From positions 1 through 37,298 of IMG/VR virus record IMGVR_UViG_3300032232_000062: a stretch of 37,298 bases of DNA; one strand, written 5' to 3'. The stretch's first letter is position 1; the number at the start of each line of letters is the position of its first letter. The notes under the pieces are model-generated. The model was given only the letters and a program-made list of their open reading frames with translations, did no database searches and was not told the DNA's origin. The DNA comes from a virus. Lineage: Duplodnaviria > Caudoviricetes. This document shows, in pieces, positions 23,498-32,811 of the stretch. A program made the position numbers and the translations under genes.

Positions 23498-25354
23498 CTA
23501 TTTGCCGTACCGAAACATTTGCTTAACTTCTGCCTTTAGGGGCAGTCCTACCGCCCACGGCGGCGACGTACACATGACGTTCTTTAATACGTCCGGGTCA
23601 CCGTCCTCTAGGACGATCTCATCGTGTACGTGGAGCACTACGTTATCTAGCTGGCGTAGCGCGTGGCGCAGCACATCATTGGCGACTGCTTGCGTGATGT
23701 TCTCGCAAGCCAACCCCTTCCATAATCTAGCGCGCGGCCACTCCTTAGCGTCAGCGGCGGGCTTCCAAGCGGCCTTGCAGTATGAAATGCCATCTTCTTC
23801 CAGTTTAGCGAACGGGTAGCATAAAACTCTGCCCGAAGGAAGAATGTACCAGAGATGTTGGCGGTCGAATAAATAAGTCACACGCCCCGCGCTGAACTCC
23901 GCGTTAGGCGTGTGCATGGCCGACGTATAGGCTCTTTCTAATTCAGACCAGAACCGCACCGCCCACTGATTAGACCGCCGCCAAGCGTCTACCATGCGCT
24001 TGGCGTCGGCCTCCGGTAGATGGATACCATAGGCCCGACCCATCGCCGCAAACGCGCCTACACCGCCCGCATAGCCGCACGATAGCTCCTGAACCTTCCC
24101 GATCTGGCGCTGATCGTCGGTCACCTGATCGACCGAGCACCCGAAGGTCGCGGCGGCGTTGATCTTGTAAATGTCCTGGCTGAACTGCTTGAGCTTCTCG
24201 TCGCCCATGCCCGACAGCCACGGGTTGACGCGCGCCTCGATAGCCGACCAGTCCGCGACGGTGAAGTTGCCAATCAGAGCGGGTCGGAGCATCCCTTTGA
24301 GCACATCTGTAACTCTTCGTCCGTGAAGAGGGACAATTGCTCTTCCCCCGACCATATCCTCACGCACTCTAGCTGGATCTTTGGCGGTCTTGCGGGTGAA
24401 ATTATGGACTTGTGCTCCGTAACTAGAGGCTCGCCCCGTCGCAGATCCGCCAGCAAAAACAAATGCGCCTCGTACTCTGTCATCTTCGACATCGGCCAAC
24501 TCCTGTAGACGTTTGAACTTCGCAATCGAGGACGCCCATAGATCATCCGCGCATTGCACCACCTCGCGCACATCTGGGTCTAGGTCATCACACGCTAATA
24601 GATTAGCGCGAACGGCTTTGTCGATGCTGTACTTCTCACCGACCCACATGAGCTTCTTCTGCTCATCCGTAACGCGCGCCAGCACCCACTCGCGCATACG
24701 TGGCGAGCGCACGGCCAGCCCGCCGGTGATCTCAGTTACGATACTTTGTATCTCAGCTAGTTCGGCGTCAGCGTAGCGAATAGCCGCGCGGCATAGCGCA
24801 ACGTCTACCTTCACGCCCCGGTCGTTTATGCGCTCGTTGACGTGGTAGTCGAGCAATTCCTCGTCGGACAACTGCCGCAGGGCTATGCTTACGGCGCGCA
24901 TAGCGCGCACGTCCTGCTCGCAGTATTCGATGAGTTCGGGGATTAAAGTTTTATTGTAGGGCGGGACGCAACACTGCCGCACGAGGTAGTCGCCCCGGCG
25001 GTCTTTCTTCATATCCGCGCCAGCGAAGCGGCCGACGTCCTCAAGCGACCCCGGCGCGCAGTTGGCACGAGCTTGTGTTGCGGTGCAATAAAACTGCTCA
25101 AGATCAAAGTTGATCTGAAGCACGTACCAGAAGATCAGACGCTCAAACGCGGCGTTGTGCGCTCTTATCTGACCTTTGTGATTTAACACATCAGACGGAA
25201 ATGTTAAATCTGGCGTCCAAGTTTTAACAGGTCCATCGTCGAAAGCGTAGGACATACAGATGACTTCGGTTTCCAAGTCCTGCGCGTAGTTATAGACACC
25301 CGCGACCCGAAGGTCGCAGGTGCTACGGGTCTCGAAGTCAACCCAAAGGATCAC
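23498..25354 (-). CDS. Family A DNA polymerase with 3'-5' exonuclease, APSE/SPO2-like (618 aa)
   Basis: Exonuclease motifs VDFET, AHNAAFE and YCEQDV; polymerase motif A DWSAIEARV, B RQIGKVQELSCGY, C VHDEIV. Confidence 0.93.
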   Translation of the reverse strand: MILWVDFETRSTCDLRVAGVYNYAQDLETEVICMSYAFDDGPVKTWTPDLTFPSDVLNHKGQIRAHNAAFERLIFWYVLQINFDLEQFYCTATQARANCAPGSLEDVGRFAGADMKKDRRGDYLVRQCCVPPYNKTLIPELIEYCEQDVRAMRAVSIALRQLSDEELLDYHVNERINDRGVKVDVALCRAAIRYADAELAEIQSIVTEITGGLAVRSPRMREWVLARVTDEQKKLMWVGEKYSIDKAVRANLLACDDLDPDVREVVQCADDLWASSIAKFKRLQELADVEDDRVRGAFVFAGGSATGRASSYGAQVHNFTRKTAKDPARVREDMVGGRAIVPLHGRRVTDVLKGMLRPALIGNFTVADWSAIEARVNPWLSGMGDEKLKQFSQDIYKINAAATFGCSVDQVTDDQRQIGKVQELSCGYAGGVGAFAAMGRAYGIHLPEADAKRMVDAWRRSNQWAVRFWSELERAYTSAMHTPNAEFSAGRVTYLFDRQHLWYILPSGRVLCYPFAKLEEDGISYCKAAWKPAADAKEWPRARLWKGLACENITQAVANDVLRHALRQLDNVVLHVHDEIVLEDGDPDVLKNVMCTSPPWAVGLPLKAEVKQMFRYGK

Positions 25355-25990
25355 TTACCCTGCGCGACGACGGCGCGTCGGCGCGGGAGCTTCCTCTTCC
25401 TCTTCAGGTCCGTCCATCGACATGAACTCAACGATCTCAAAGATCGGCGTGTAAATGCGACCGTAGGACTTGTGCTGATAGTGCTCTTTCTTGAGCAGCA
25501 CAACCGGCACAGGTTTCGACTCATCAGCCGACACTTGGTTTGCAAACGCAGATGCGAGGGCTTCATAGGAACGCTTACCGCCGACCGAAGTCGTCGTGTA
25601 GCGCGCCTCAAGGCCCTTGTCCTCGCCCGTCAAACACTTGAGCGAGAACCCGACTTGCTTTTCCCAACCGCGAGCGGCATGGGGAGGCGCGTCGTCCGTG
25701 TCCGGCAAAGGATCGGTCAGCGCAACCATCCGCTCGCCCAGCACAACCCCATCGCCCCACGCAATCCAGCCGTGCACGAACGAAAAGGGATTAACTGCCC
25801 ACTTCGAGTCAGACTCAACTTCAGTCTGATCCGCGCCGAACACCCAGTGGCCGGTCTTGTCCATTTTCAGGATGACCGAGCCAGCGGAAGCGGCGGGGGA
25901 TGCAACGGTCTTGATAGCCGTTGCGATTGCTGCGAGAGCGGGGAGACCAGCTTTATTGAAGGCTACTAAATTTGACATCATTTCATCCAA
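25355..25990 (-). CDS. Putative single-stranded DNA-binding protein (~208-211 aa)
   Basis: Lies between the exonuclease and polymerase; aromatic beta-rich core; acidic EEEEE then RRRR tail. Start may be 25981 or 25978. Confidence 0.6.
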   Translation of the reverse strand: MDEMMSNLVAFNKAGLPALAAIATAIKTVASPAASAGSVILKMDKTGHWVFGADQTEVESDSKWAVNPFSFVHGWIAWGDGVVLGERMVALTDPLPDTDDAPPHAARGWEKQVGFSLKCLTGEDKGLEARYTTTSVGGKRSYEALASAFANQVSADESKPVPVVLLKKEHYQHKSYGRIYTPIFEIVEFMSMDGPEEEEEAPAPTRRRRAG

Positions 25991-27107
25991 GTTTAAGAAG
26001 AGCAGTTTTCATCTGCTCGGGGAGGAACACAACCGCTGACCGGGGATCACTCTCCGGGGCGATGGTGGTTCCCGACGACACCGAAACAACGATGTCATCG
26101 GGGAGGCTGAGTTTACTCTTTTTCAAGATCTTCTCAACCTTGGCGGGCGACAGCAGGGCTGTCTCCACCAATTCTTCACGGTCAACGCCTAGCTTAGTCA
26201 GCGCAGCGTAAGCCTTGTCTTCGTCAACCCATTGGCGCATCGCGCGCTTAGGGACCAATTTGTAACCCGGCACTGGCTCGCCGGTCTCAAGGATCTGGTG
26301 CGCCAGATCGCGCAGGTCACCGATCCACTTCTCAACCAGATCAGCGGTCGCCAAGTACGCGCCGATCTTCGCGGGGTCTAGGTCCTTGATCTGCACCTTC
26401 AACGCCCGTTCTGCTGCGCCGGTCATCTGCGGGCAGATTGGCTTGGCGGGGCAGTAGCGGCAATGGTCGCCAACGCGCAGGGGAGCGGCGGCGTTCTGTG
26501 ACGCAGTGACGGCATGGACTAGATCACGCTCAAACTGCTTAACGCGCGCAATTGTGGTCGTCCAACGCTTGACCGCTGGTGGTTGGACGATGACCATCTC
26601 GACCGTTTCTACACCCTCAAACGCCCATTCCAGACCCTTGGTCCGCATCGCAGCAGCGGCGTAGAACAGCAACTGCTCGTTCTCTTCAACATCTACTTCA
26701 CCGCGCCCAAACTTCCAGTCGAGCACGACGGCGCGGTCGTCGATCCGACCGATCAGGTCAGCAGACCCGAACACGCCGGGAAGTAGTTTGCCGAAGTTGA
26801 CGTGCGACTCGACCTTGTACTCCATGTTGCCGTCTGGGTCGATCTCGTTCAACGCCGCCATCGCGGGGACAATCTTCTCATCAATCAAGTCCTCGGTCAT
26901 GGTCTGGTCGTTCTCAACCATGCCGAGCACGCTCTTGATCTCTAGGCTAGGATCTTCTAACAGCATCGCCATCGCGCTGTGGCACAACGTGCCCTGATCG
27001 GCGGCGTCACTTCCCAATTTGGGAGGCATCTTCTGCACTAGCGCGACCGAGCCTGGGCAGTTGACGACTCGCTTGGCGGTGCTACCGCCTACGATATTAC
27101 TGTGCAT
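25983..27107 (-). CDS. Cas4-like PD-(D/E)xK exonuclease, DUF2800 type (374 aa)
   Basis: CPGS, GTLCH, GSAD, DWKFG, QLLFYA and CRYCPAKPIC (Fe-S cysteines). Confidence 0.85.
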   Translation of the reverse strand: MHSNIVGGSTAKRVVNCPGSVALVQKMPPKLGSDAADQGTLCHSAMAMLLEDPSLEIKSVLGMVENDQTMTEDLIDEKIVPAMAALNEIDPDGNMEYKVESHVNFGKLLPGVFGSADLIGRIDDRAVVLDWKFGRGEVDVEENEQLLFYAAAAMRTKGLEWAFEGVETVEMVIVQPPAVKRWTTTIARVKQFERDLVHAVTASQNAAAPLRVGDHCRYCPAKPICPQMTGAAERALKVQIKDLDPAKIGAYLATADLVEKWIGDLRDLAHQILETGEPVPGYKLVPKRAMRQWVDEDKAYAALTKLGVDREELVETALLSPAKVEKILKKSKLSLPDDIVVSVSSGTTIAPESDPRSAVVFLPEQMKTALLKLG

Positions 27108-27276
27108 TTGTTTTCCTCGCTTCCATCATGGCGTCTGCTAGTTTGTAAGCGTGTTCGGACGCAAACTGGCGAAGCAGAACAGGGTCGTCAAGTATGTCTT
27201 CTTCTTCTAGTTTGGTAAGAAACCAAGTTACTGCTTGAGCAGCGAAGTAGTCGCGGGGTGTGAGTTCAGAGTGCAT
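27097..27276 (-). CDS. Small phage protein (59 aa; not in the ORF track)
   Basis: MHSELTPRDYFAAQA...AYKLADAMMEARKTNAQ; AAAGGA RBS. Confidence 0.78.
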   Translation of the reverse strand: MHSELTPRDYFAAQAVTWFLTKLEEEDILDDPVLLRQFASEHAYKLADAMMEARKTNAQ

Positions 27277-27565
27277 TTGATTTTCCTTTGATTAGTTTGG
27301 TGAGTGACTCCTGCGACAGCATCGCAGGGTTGTGACGCCCGAGCATTTTCATGACCCAGCCGCGCTGCCAAAGCAGCGACAGGGACACTTTAGCGCCAAT
27401 CGCCAGCAACTCAGTCGTGGTGTAGCTGACGCCGCCGGGGGCGACCCATTCGTTCTTGATGCGCCAATGCGGGACCAGCATCATATCTTTTATGTAGAAC
27501 ACGGGGTGCAACTCCAACGGCTCAAAGTCGCCGTTGTCGTCTTCCATACGATGTATGAGGTTCAT
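27266..27565 (-). CDS. Hypothetical protein (99 aa)
   Basis: GAGG RBS; coupled to its neighbours. Confidence 0.65.
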   Translation of the reverse strand: MNLIHRMEDDNGDFEPLELHPVFYIKDMMLVPHWRIKNEWVAPGGVSYTTTELLAIGAKVSLSLLWQRGWVMKMLGRHNPAMLSQESLTKLIKGKSNAL

Positions 27566-27723
27566 TCTGCGTTGTCCTCTTCGTGGCTAATAGTGACCTT
27601 ATACAGCGTGGAATACCCGCTGCAATCGAAGTCACACTTGTTGAACTTGGCGTTGGGCAGCAAGCTCTCAAGGTAGGTGATGAGGATGTTCTTGATCTCT
27701 TCGCGCTCTAGGATGATTTTCAC
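27562..27723 (-). CDS. Hypothetical protein (53 aa; probable GTG start at 27723)
   Basis: GGGA before the GTG; lies downstream of the leftward promoter. Confidence 0.6.
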   Translation of the reverse strand: MKIILEREEIKNILITYLESLLPNAKFNKCDFDCSGYSTLYKVTISHEEDNAE

Positions 27724-27759
27724 TTTGGATTCCCGTTTAGTGAAGTGGTTGGAGTCGCT

Positions 27760-27810
27760 ACTCTGCCCGACCACAATCTGCTTGTCAACAACTTTTTTGC
27801 AAGATATGAT
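27760..27810. promoter_or_regulatory. Back-to-back divergent sigma70 promoters with overlapping -35 boxes
   Basis: Plus strand: TTGTCA (27782-87), 17 bp, TATGAT (27805-10). Minus strand: TTGACA (27788-83), 17 bp, CAGAGT (27765-60). Confidence 0.7.
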
Positions 27811-27816
27811 GGTGGC

Positions 27817-28098
27817 ATGAAAGAAAGCAAGATCGAGCGCCACTTCGTCTGGACCGTCGAGACGATGGGCGGTAAGACGTACAAGTTCACAAGCCCCGGC
27901 GTTCGGGGCGTGGCTGACCGCGTGGCGTGTCTGCCAGACGGGTCGGTGTGGTTCGTGGAACTTAAAACCAAGGGGGGCAAACTCAGCAAACTACAGGAAC
28001 ACTTCGGCGCGACTATGCGCCAACTTAACCAAAACTACACAGTAATCTGGAACTTAGAAGGGGTAGCACAATGGTCCTTAGACCTTACCAAGAAGTAG
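27817..28098 (+). CDS. VRR-NUC nuclease (93 aa; start ATG 27817)
   Basis: MKESKIE...SPGVRGVADR...FVELK...LSKLQ. Confidence 0.88.
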   Translation: MKESKIERHFVWTVETMGGKTYKFTSPGVRGVADRVACLPDGSVWFVELKTKGGKLSKLQEHFGATMRQLNQNYTVIWNLEGVAQWSLDLTKK

Positions 28099-29381
28099 CC
28101 GCAGACTTTCTGTACGGCCAAGACCGCGCGATGATTCTGGCTCCCGTGGGGGCTGGCAAGACGGCAATTACGTTGACCGCGCTGTCGGCGTTACTCAAAA
28201 TTAAGCGTAACGCCTTAGTGCTTGCGCCTAAACGGGTAGCCGAAAGCGTCTGGGCGACCGAGGCCGCAAAGTGGGCACCTGAGCTAACCGTCGCGGTCGC
28301 GGTCGGCACACCAAAGCAACGCCAGAAAGCGTTTGAGTCCGGCGCGCAGGTGGTGGTGACGAACTACGACAACATCCAGTCAATGCCGCATCTGGACTTT
28401 GACTGCATCATTTTTGACGAACTGACGCGGCTCAAAAACCCATATGGCGCGCGGTTCAAGGCGCTCGCCAAACTAATCCACCACATCGAAATCCGGTGGG
28501 GCTTGACCGGATCGTTCACCAGTAACGGCTTAGAAGATGTTTACGGGCAATGCAAGATCATCGACCAGACGCTACTCGGGCGCTCCAAGGGTGCGTTCTT
28601 GCAGCAATACTTCATCGCCATAAACCCCGAGTTCGGCCAATGGACGCCGCGCGTGGGCAGTCTGGAACACGTTATGGAGCGTATCAAACCGGCCACCTAC
28701 GTCCTTGAGCCGGGCGAGTACAGCGACAAGTTACCGCCGCTGCACATCGTCCATGTGAACTGTCAGATGCCGATGGATCACTACAACAAACTTAAAAAAG
28801 AGTTTGTTCTCGACAACATCGTCGCCCTAAACGCTGGCGTGGTGACGGGCAAGCTGCAACAGATGGCGTCGGGGTTCATATACGACACGCATCAGACGCC
28901 TGACCTAGTTGTGAAGGGCAAATTCATTACGCATCAGACGCCGATCTGGTTCTCAAAACATAAGTTTGAGGCGTTGGACGATCTGCTGGCCGAGAACCAA
29001 CACGCCAACACAATTCTGGTGTACCAGTACCAGGAAGAACTTGCAGAACTGCACCGCCGCTACTCCAATCTAGTTACGCTTGACGATGATAACGCCATCG
29101 AACGCTGGAACGCCGGTCAGATTGAACTGTTGGCGGTCCATCCTAAGTCTGCCGGTCACGGTCTGAACCTTCAACATGGCGGCTGCAAGATGGTCTTTGT
29201 GTCGCTGCCGTGGTCACTTGAGTTGTTCGAGCAGACGGTCGGACGCCTACACCGTAGCGGCCAACGCCACGACGTGTGGGTCTACATTATGTCAACTCAG
29301 AAGACGATTGACGAAAAAATTTGGACGGCGCTCCAAGACAAACGCGCCGTTTCTGACATTGCTATGGAGGCGTTGAAATGA
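28071..29381 (+). CDS. SNF2-like SF2 helicase (436 aa)
   Basis: LRPYQ, GAGKT, FDE, LTGS, SAGHGLNLQ and QTVGRLHRSGQ. Confidence 0.92.
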   Translation: MVLRPYQEVAADFLYGQDRAMILAPVGAGKTAITLTALSALLKIKRNALVLAPKRVAESVWATEAAKWAPELTVAVAVGTPKQRQKAFESGAQVVVTNYDNIQSMPHLDFDCIIFDELTRLKNPYGARFKALAKLIHHIEIRWGLTGSFTSNGLEDVYGQCKIIDQTLLGRSKGAFLQQYFIAINPEFGQWTPRVGSLEHVMERIKPATYVLEPGEYSDKLPPLHIVHVNCQMPMDHYNKLKKEFVLDNIVALNAGVVTGKLQQMASGFIYDTHQTPDLVVKGKFITHQTPIWFSKHKFEALDDLLAENQHANTILVYQYQEELAELHRRYSNLVTLDDDNAIERWNAGQIELLAVHPKSAGHGLNLQHGGCKMVFVSLPWSLELFEQTVGRLHRSGQRHDVWVYIMSTQKTIDEKIWTALQDKRAVSDIAMEALK

Positions 29382-29521
29382 GATATGGAATTCTTGACGA
29401 CGAGGGCAACGTCGTCCGGTGGGTTTGGCATATGCCGCCGTACCCTCACGTAGTCGAACGAATCAAACGCCAGCGCAAACCCAAGCTGGATATATCTAAC
29501 GTACCGGAGGCTTTATTTTGA
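29378..29521 (+). CDS. Hypothetical protein (47 aa; not in the ORF track)
   Basis: GGAGG RBS and ATGA overlap; MRYGILDDEGNVVRWVW...PEALF. Confidence 0.7.
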   Translation: MRYGILDDEGNVVRWVWHMPPYPHVVERIKRQRKPKLDISNVPEALF

Positions 29522-29688
29522 TCGTTAACGGCAAAATCATCAAAGACTGGGACAAGTCCCAAATTAGTACCGGCTACCAGCGCCCTAACCAGTTCCGCGT
29601 CATCACGTGGGACATGGGTAGGGTTCAAAGCTGGTTGTTGGGTAAGCAACCGCTGGCCCGCACACTACTAGAGAAGGTGATCCGATGA
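29518..29688 (+). CDS. Hypothetical protein (56 aa; TTG start; not in the ORF track)
   Basis: GGAGG RBS; TTGA and ATGA overlaps; MIVNGKIIKDWDKSQIST... Confidence 0.65.
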   Translation: MIVNGKIIKDWDKSQISTGYQRPNQFRVITWDMGRVQSWLLGKQPLARTLLEKVIR

Positions 29689-29903
29689 AGCTAGTACGAG
29701 CCAAACTAATCGCCGCGCGGGAAGAACTTATAATTCGCCAGCGCGAACTGGCCGCAGCGCAACGCAACTACAACCGCGTTATTGAAACCCTTAAAGACTT
29801 AGAGGTGCGACTTGAATCACACTTGGCGGGGCTTAAACGCAGCTCTGAAGACGCTGGACGAAAAGACTGTGCTGGAGATGCTGAACCACGAGAAAGCGAC
29901 TGA
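29685..29903 (+). CDS. Coiled-coil hypothetical protein (72 aa)
   Basis: AAGGT RBS and ATGA overlap. Confidence 0.65.
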   Translation: MKLVRAKLIAAREELIIRQRELAAAQRNYNRVIETLKDLEVRLESHLAGLKRSSEDAGRKDCAGDAEPRESD

Positions 29904-30003
29904 GGCTCGCGCCAGCATCCTGCGCCGTATACACCAACGCTATAACGTGCTCCGCGTATCGCGCGAGCGTATTGAACTACTTCAAGAGGCTAAACAACCA
30001 TGA
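29812..30003 (+). CDS. Hypothetical protein (63 aa)
   Basis: GAGGT before the TTG start; stop coupled to the next gene. Confidence 0.65.
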   Translation: MNHTWRGLNAALKTLDEKTVLEMLNHEKATEARASILRRIHQRYNVLRVSRERIELLQEAKQP

Positions 30004-30209
30004 CCGACTTTGCAGCGTGGCGCTACGAGAACCTTGTCCAGTTTGCCAAGGAAGCAACCGAACGTATGACCTTGCTAAATGCGGAGGTTGATGCGCTAAA
30101 CGCCGACTTAAAAGCGGCGATTAACGCCTACCGCGACCTACTTCGCCGCGACGCCCTTGGATTTCTCGAAACTTCTCATACCGCCGAAGCCGAGAAGACC
30201 GGCGAGTAA
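30000..30209 (+). CDS. Coiled-coil hypothetical protein (69 aa)
   Basis: GAGG RBS; 3' end overlaps the holin gene antisense. Confidence 0.6.
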   Translation: MTDFAAWRYENLVQFAKEATERMTLLNAEVDALNADLKAAINAYRDLLRRDALGFLETSHTAEAEKTGE

Positions 30210-30575
30210 GGTCATCAACTGCTCAACCTGAAGGTCTGGCGGCGCGGCCAGACCTTTTGGGATCAGGTCCACGCCCTGCCCGAACGCCCAAACCCATTGC
30301 ATCAAAGGGTAGCCAAGAAATTGGTAAGCCAGACCTGCAACCCCAACCCAACCCACAGCAGGACGCCAACCAGAGACAAATACGCTAGTAGACGCCGCTT
30401 CGATCTTGTTGATATCCACCTGCGCGAGGTCTGTAGCTTGGTCAATGCGCTTCTCTTCAAGGTCGAGCTTGCGCTCTTCCAACGCCATCTCTGCGCGTTC
30501 CTTGTCTGTCGTAATGAGGTCGCCCGCGACCTTGCCAACGCCTTCAATGATGCTCCCAATACCAATCAGGTCCAT
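30138..30575 (-). CDS. Holin, 3TM/GTA-holin type (145 aa)
   Basis: FVSGWRPAVGWV...LLGFGGMRSFEK; adjacent to the endolysin. Confidence 0.85.
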   Translation of the reverse strand: MDLIGIGSIIEGVGKVAGDLITTDKERAEMALEERKLDLEEKRIDQATDLAQVDINKIEAASTSVFVSGWRPAVGWVGVAGLAYQFLGYPLMQWVWAFGQGVDLIPKGLAAPPDLQVEQLMTLLAGLLGFGGMRSFEKSKGVAAK

Positions 30576-31090
30576 TATTTAAGCCCCGCCAGAGTGCGAT
30601 TAATCCAACCTAATAAGAATTTAGACTGGGTACGATTCTTGTTGCAGATGTCAGCGTAGCGCGTAATCTTCGCCAGCGCGTAAGATTTTCTGAACGCTTC
30701 TGGTTCAACACTGTTGAACTTTTCCACGGTCTTGTCGCCAACTGCGCCGTCTGGTGTAGCGCCCACGATCAACTGCGCGAGCTTAACCGCGACGCCCATT
30801 CCGGTGTTTACGCCGAAGTTGAAAACCGATTCCGCAACAACTTGATTCGTGATTTCATCCCCTCGTAAACGATCCCAAAACTCAGCTTTATAGAATCCAC
30901 GTACCATTCCAGTAAGGAGCGGATTGTTGATTTCTTTGTGGTCGATGAGGTTCCATCCGCCCCACTGGGGGTTTTTGTTTCGTGCAATTCCAGCATAAGT
31001 CATCCCTCCGGTATCACCGGGAATAGTGTGTAGAACGTAGCCGCCTTCGTCGCGGATCATCTGTTCAAAGGCTTGCTCAAAGTTAGCCAT
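30575..31090 (-). CDS. Endolysin, glycoside hydrolase 108 with peptidoglycan-binding domain (171 aa)
   Basis: EGGY, DTGGMTYAGI, FNFGVNTG and FLLGWINR. Confidence 0.92.
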   Translation of the reverse strand: MANFEQAFEQMIRDEGGYVLHTIPGDTGGMTYAGIARNKNPQWGGWNLIDHKEINNPLLTGMVRGFYKAEFWDRLRGDEITNQVVAESVFNFGVNTGMGVAVKLAQLIVGATPDGAVGDKTVEKFNSVEPEAFRKSYALAKITRYADICNKNRTQSKFLLGWINRTLAGLK

Positions 31091-31401
31091 TATTTCCTCG
31101 CCATTCTGTCTTCGATGATACTGATGTGCTTCTGGTTGTCATGGATCATGTCGCGGTTGCGCTGAATCTCTTTCTCAAGCTCTTGCCGCAGTTTTTCCCT
31201 TGCTAGTTCCGCACCGGAGTTCACGGCTTGTTTGTTGTCAGATGTAACAACAAGACTAATCTTGGCGTTGAGTACAGTGACCTCATGCGTAAGTTTGTCT
31301 AACGCAGACATCAGGTAGACCACACAGGTAAAAAGAATGGGAAGCACCGCAAACGCGGTCTTTTCAATAAGCTGACTTTTGGCTTCAAGTTTTTCGCTCA
31401 T
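31090..31401 (-). CDS. Single-TM coiled-coil protein (103 aa)
   Basis: Hydrophobic AFAVLPILFTCVVYLM followed by heptads; within the lysis cassette. Confidence 0.7.
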   Translation of the reverse strand: MSEKLEAKSQLIEKTAFAVLPILFTCVVYLMSALDKLTHEVTVLNAKISLVVTSDNKQAVNSGAELAREKLRQELEKEIQRNRDMIHDNQKHISIIEDRMARK

Positions 31402-31556
31402 TGCTTGTCCTTCATCTTGTTGATGATCTCAAACGCAGACTTGACCTTTTCCTCAAGAACCGCAACACGCAGGTCAAGTTTGGACAGCACAATGATGAGC
31501 GTCACAAGACCGAGCAGTACTGGCCAAGCCTTAAGAAAAAGTTCAACAATTTCCAT
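31398..31556 (-). CDS. Single-TM microprotein (52 aa; not in the ORF track)
   Basis: MEIVELFLKAWPVLLGLVTLIIVLSKLDLRVAVLEEKVKSAFEIINKMKDKQ; coupled at both ends. Confidence 0.78.
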   Translation of the reverse strand: MEIVELFLKAWPVLLGLVTLIIVLSKLDLRVAVLEEKVKSAFEIINKMKDKQ

Positions 31557-32506
31557 TAATACCTACTTACATCAATAAGTTGACCACGGAAGTCAATGAT
31601 ACCTTCGGCGTGTTTGCTGACCAGTTCAGGCCAAAGCGGCTTGCTGTCTTTCATGGTTATGACCGCGAACCCTGAACGCCAGTTGACGGGGCCGTCTTCA
31701 AGATAATCAATAAACTGCGGCCCATCAATCTCAGCAAGCGTACCCGTGTCAACGCCCCATCGAGTGCCATTATAGTCACCAAACGGCGTGACCTTGAGAC
31801 TGTGTAAATGGCCGGTGATAGTCGTGACCCCAGAATTTACGGTGTTGTTGTGAGTAGCGTGAACGCCGCCCTTGTAGCGGTGTTTGACCACTACGTTGTC
31901 TGATAACCAGCAAGACCAACATGGATGCCATTTTGGGAAATGGTCTTTGAGCGCCGTGCCGCCGACCCCTTCAAATTGGGGTGCAGCTTCGGACAAGCGC
32001 GTCTCAAAGCGCGAGTCATGGTTACCCAACGGCCAGATCAGTTGTGTGTGATGGCGCGCCTTCTCGCAAGCGTCTTCGATCTCTTTAAGCGCCGCTTGGC
32101 ACGCTTCCAGTTCCTGCTTCACGTTTGGGACCGCGCTCCAATTTATTCTGGCGTGTCTGCTGATCGAACTTCCGTCAAAAATATCGCCGTTGGCGATTAC
32201 AACGTGCGGTTTAAGTTCGTTTATTGCCCATAACAGGCCCTTGAAAGCAGTTGACCTGATCCCAGGCCAGAAGTGGGCGTCAGAGAAAATGATGGCGATG
32301 CCATCAGTTAGACCGGCTTCGTGGCGAGCTTTTTGGATGTGGATCGGTTTGCCAATTGCCAGTTTGATGTTTAATTTGCTTTCTAAATTGCGCCGCCGAG
32401 TGTGCGCGCGGCGTTCAGAAATGCCAGCAATTCTTGCTACTTTAAGTGGTGATTTGTGCTCTTCCCATAACCGCAAAAATTCTTCGTCCGTGATTTTTGG
32501 TGACAT
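31556..32506 (-). CDS. Calcineurin-like metallophosphoesterase with N-terminal HTH-like segment (316 aa)
   Basis: SDAH, GDIFD, GNHD and GHLH motifs. Confidence 0.88.
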   Translation of the reverse strand: MSPKITDEEFLRLWEEHKSPLKVARIAGISERRAHTRRRNLESKLNIKLAIGKPIHIQKARHEAGLTDGIAIIFSDAHFWPGIRSTAFKGLLWAINELKPHVVIANGDIFDGSSISRHARINWSAVPNVKQELEACQAALKEIEDACEKARHHTQLIWPLGNHDSRFETRLSEAAPQFEGVGGTALKDHFPKWHPCWSCWLSDNVVVKHRYKGGVHATHNNTVNSGVTTITGHLHSLKVTPFGDYNGTRWGVDTGTLAEIDGPQFIDYLEDGPVNWRSGFAVITMKDSKPLWPELVSKHAEGIIDFRGQLIDVSRY

Positions 32507-32595
32507 TATTCTTCATCCTTTTAGGAGAAGCACCCCAAATACCACAGTTTTGTTGCGGTTGGGTGACCCCCCGAGGTTATCGGGGGGCCAGATCA

Positions 32596-32811
32596 TTATT
32601 CGTCGGTCTGTTCGTCAAACTCTTCGGCTTCCTCTTTCTCTTCTTCAACGTGAGCTTGGAAGAGAGCGTCGGCGGTTGAGGAGAAGAGCGAGGACAGCGT
32701 GAACTCGTTGATGTTCGATGCTTTAGCAACCAAGAAGGCGACCGAGAACAGAGCGTTCAGGGCGTCAACTGGCTCAGAAGCGTCGATAGCGGCAAGGATG
32801 TCGTCTTTCAT
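32596..32811 (-). CDS. Small acidic protein (71 aa; probable start ATG 32811)
   Basis: GGAG RBS before MKDDILAAID; tail EEEKEEAEEFDEQTDE. Confidence 0.7.
   Translation of the reverse strand: MKDDILAAIDASEPVDALNALFSVAFLVAKASNINEFTLSSLFSSTADALFQAHVEEEKEEAEEFDEQTDE

Noticed and set aside
25983-27107. Cas4 as evidence of a CRISPR-Cas system
   Set aside because: It is a stand-alone Cas4-like exonuclease typical of this replication module; there are no other cas genes or array.
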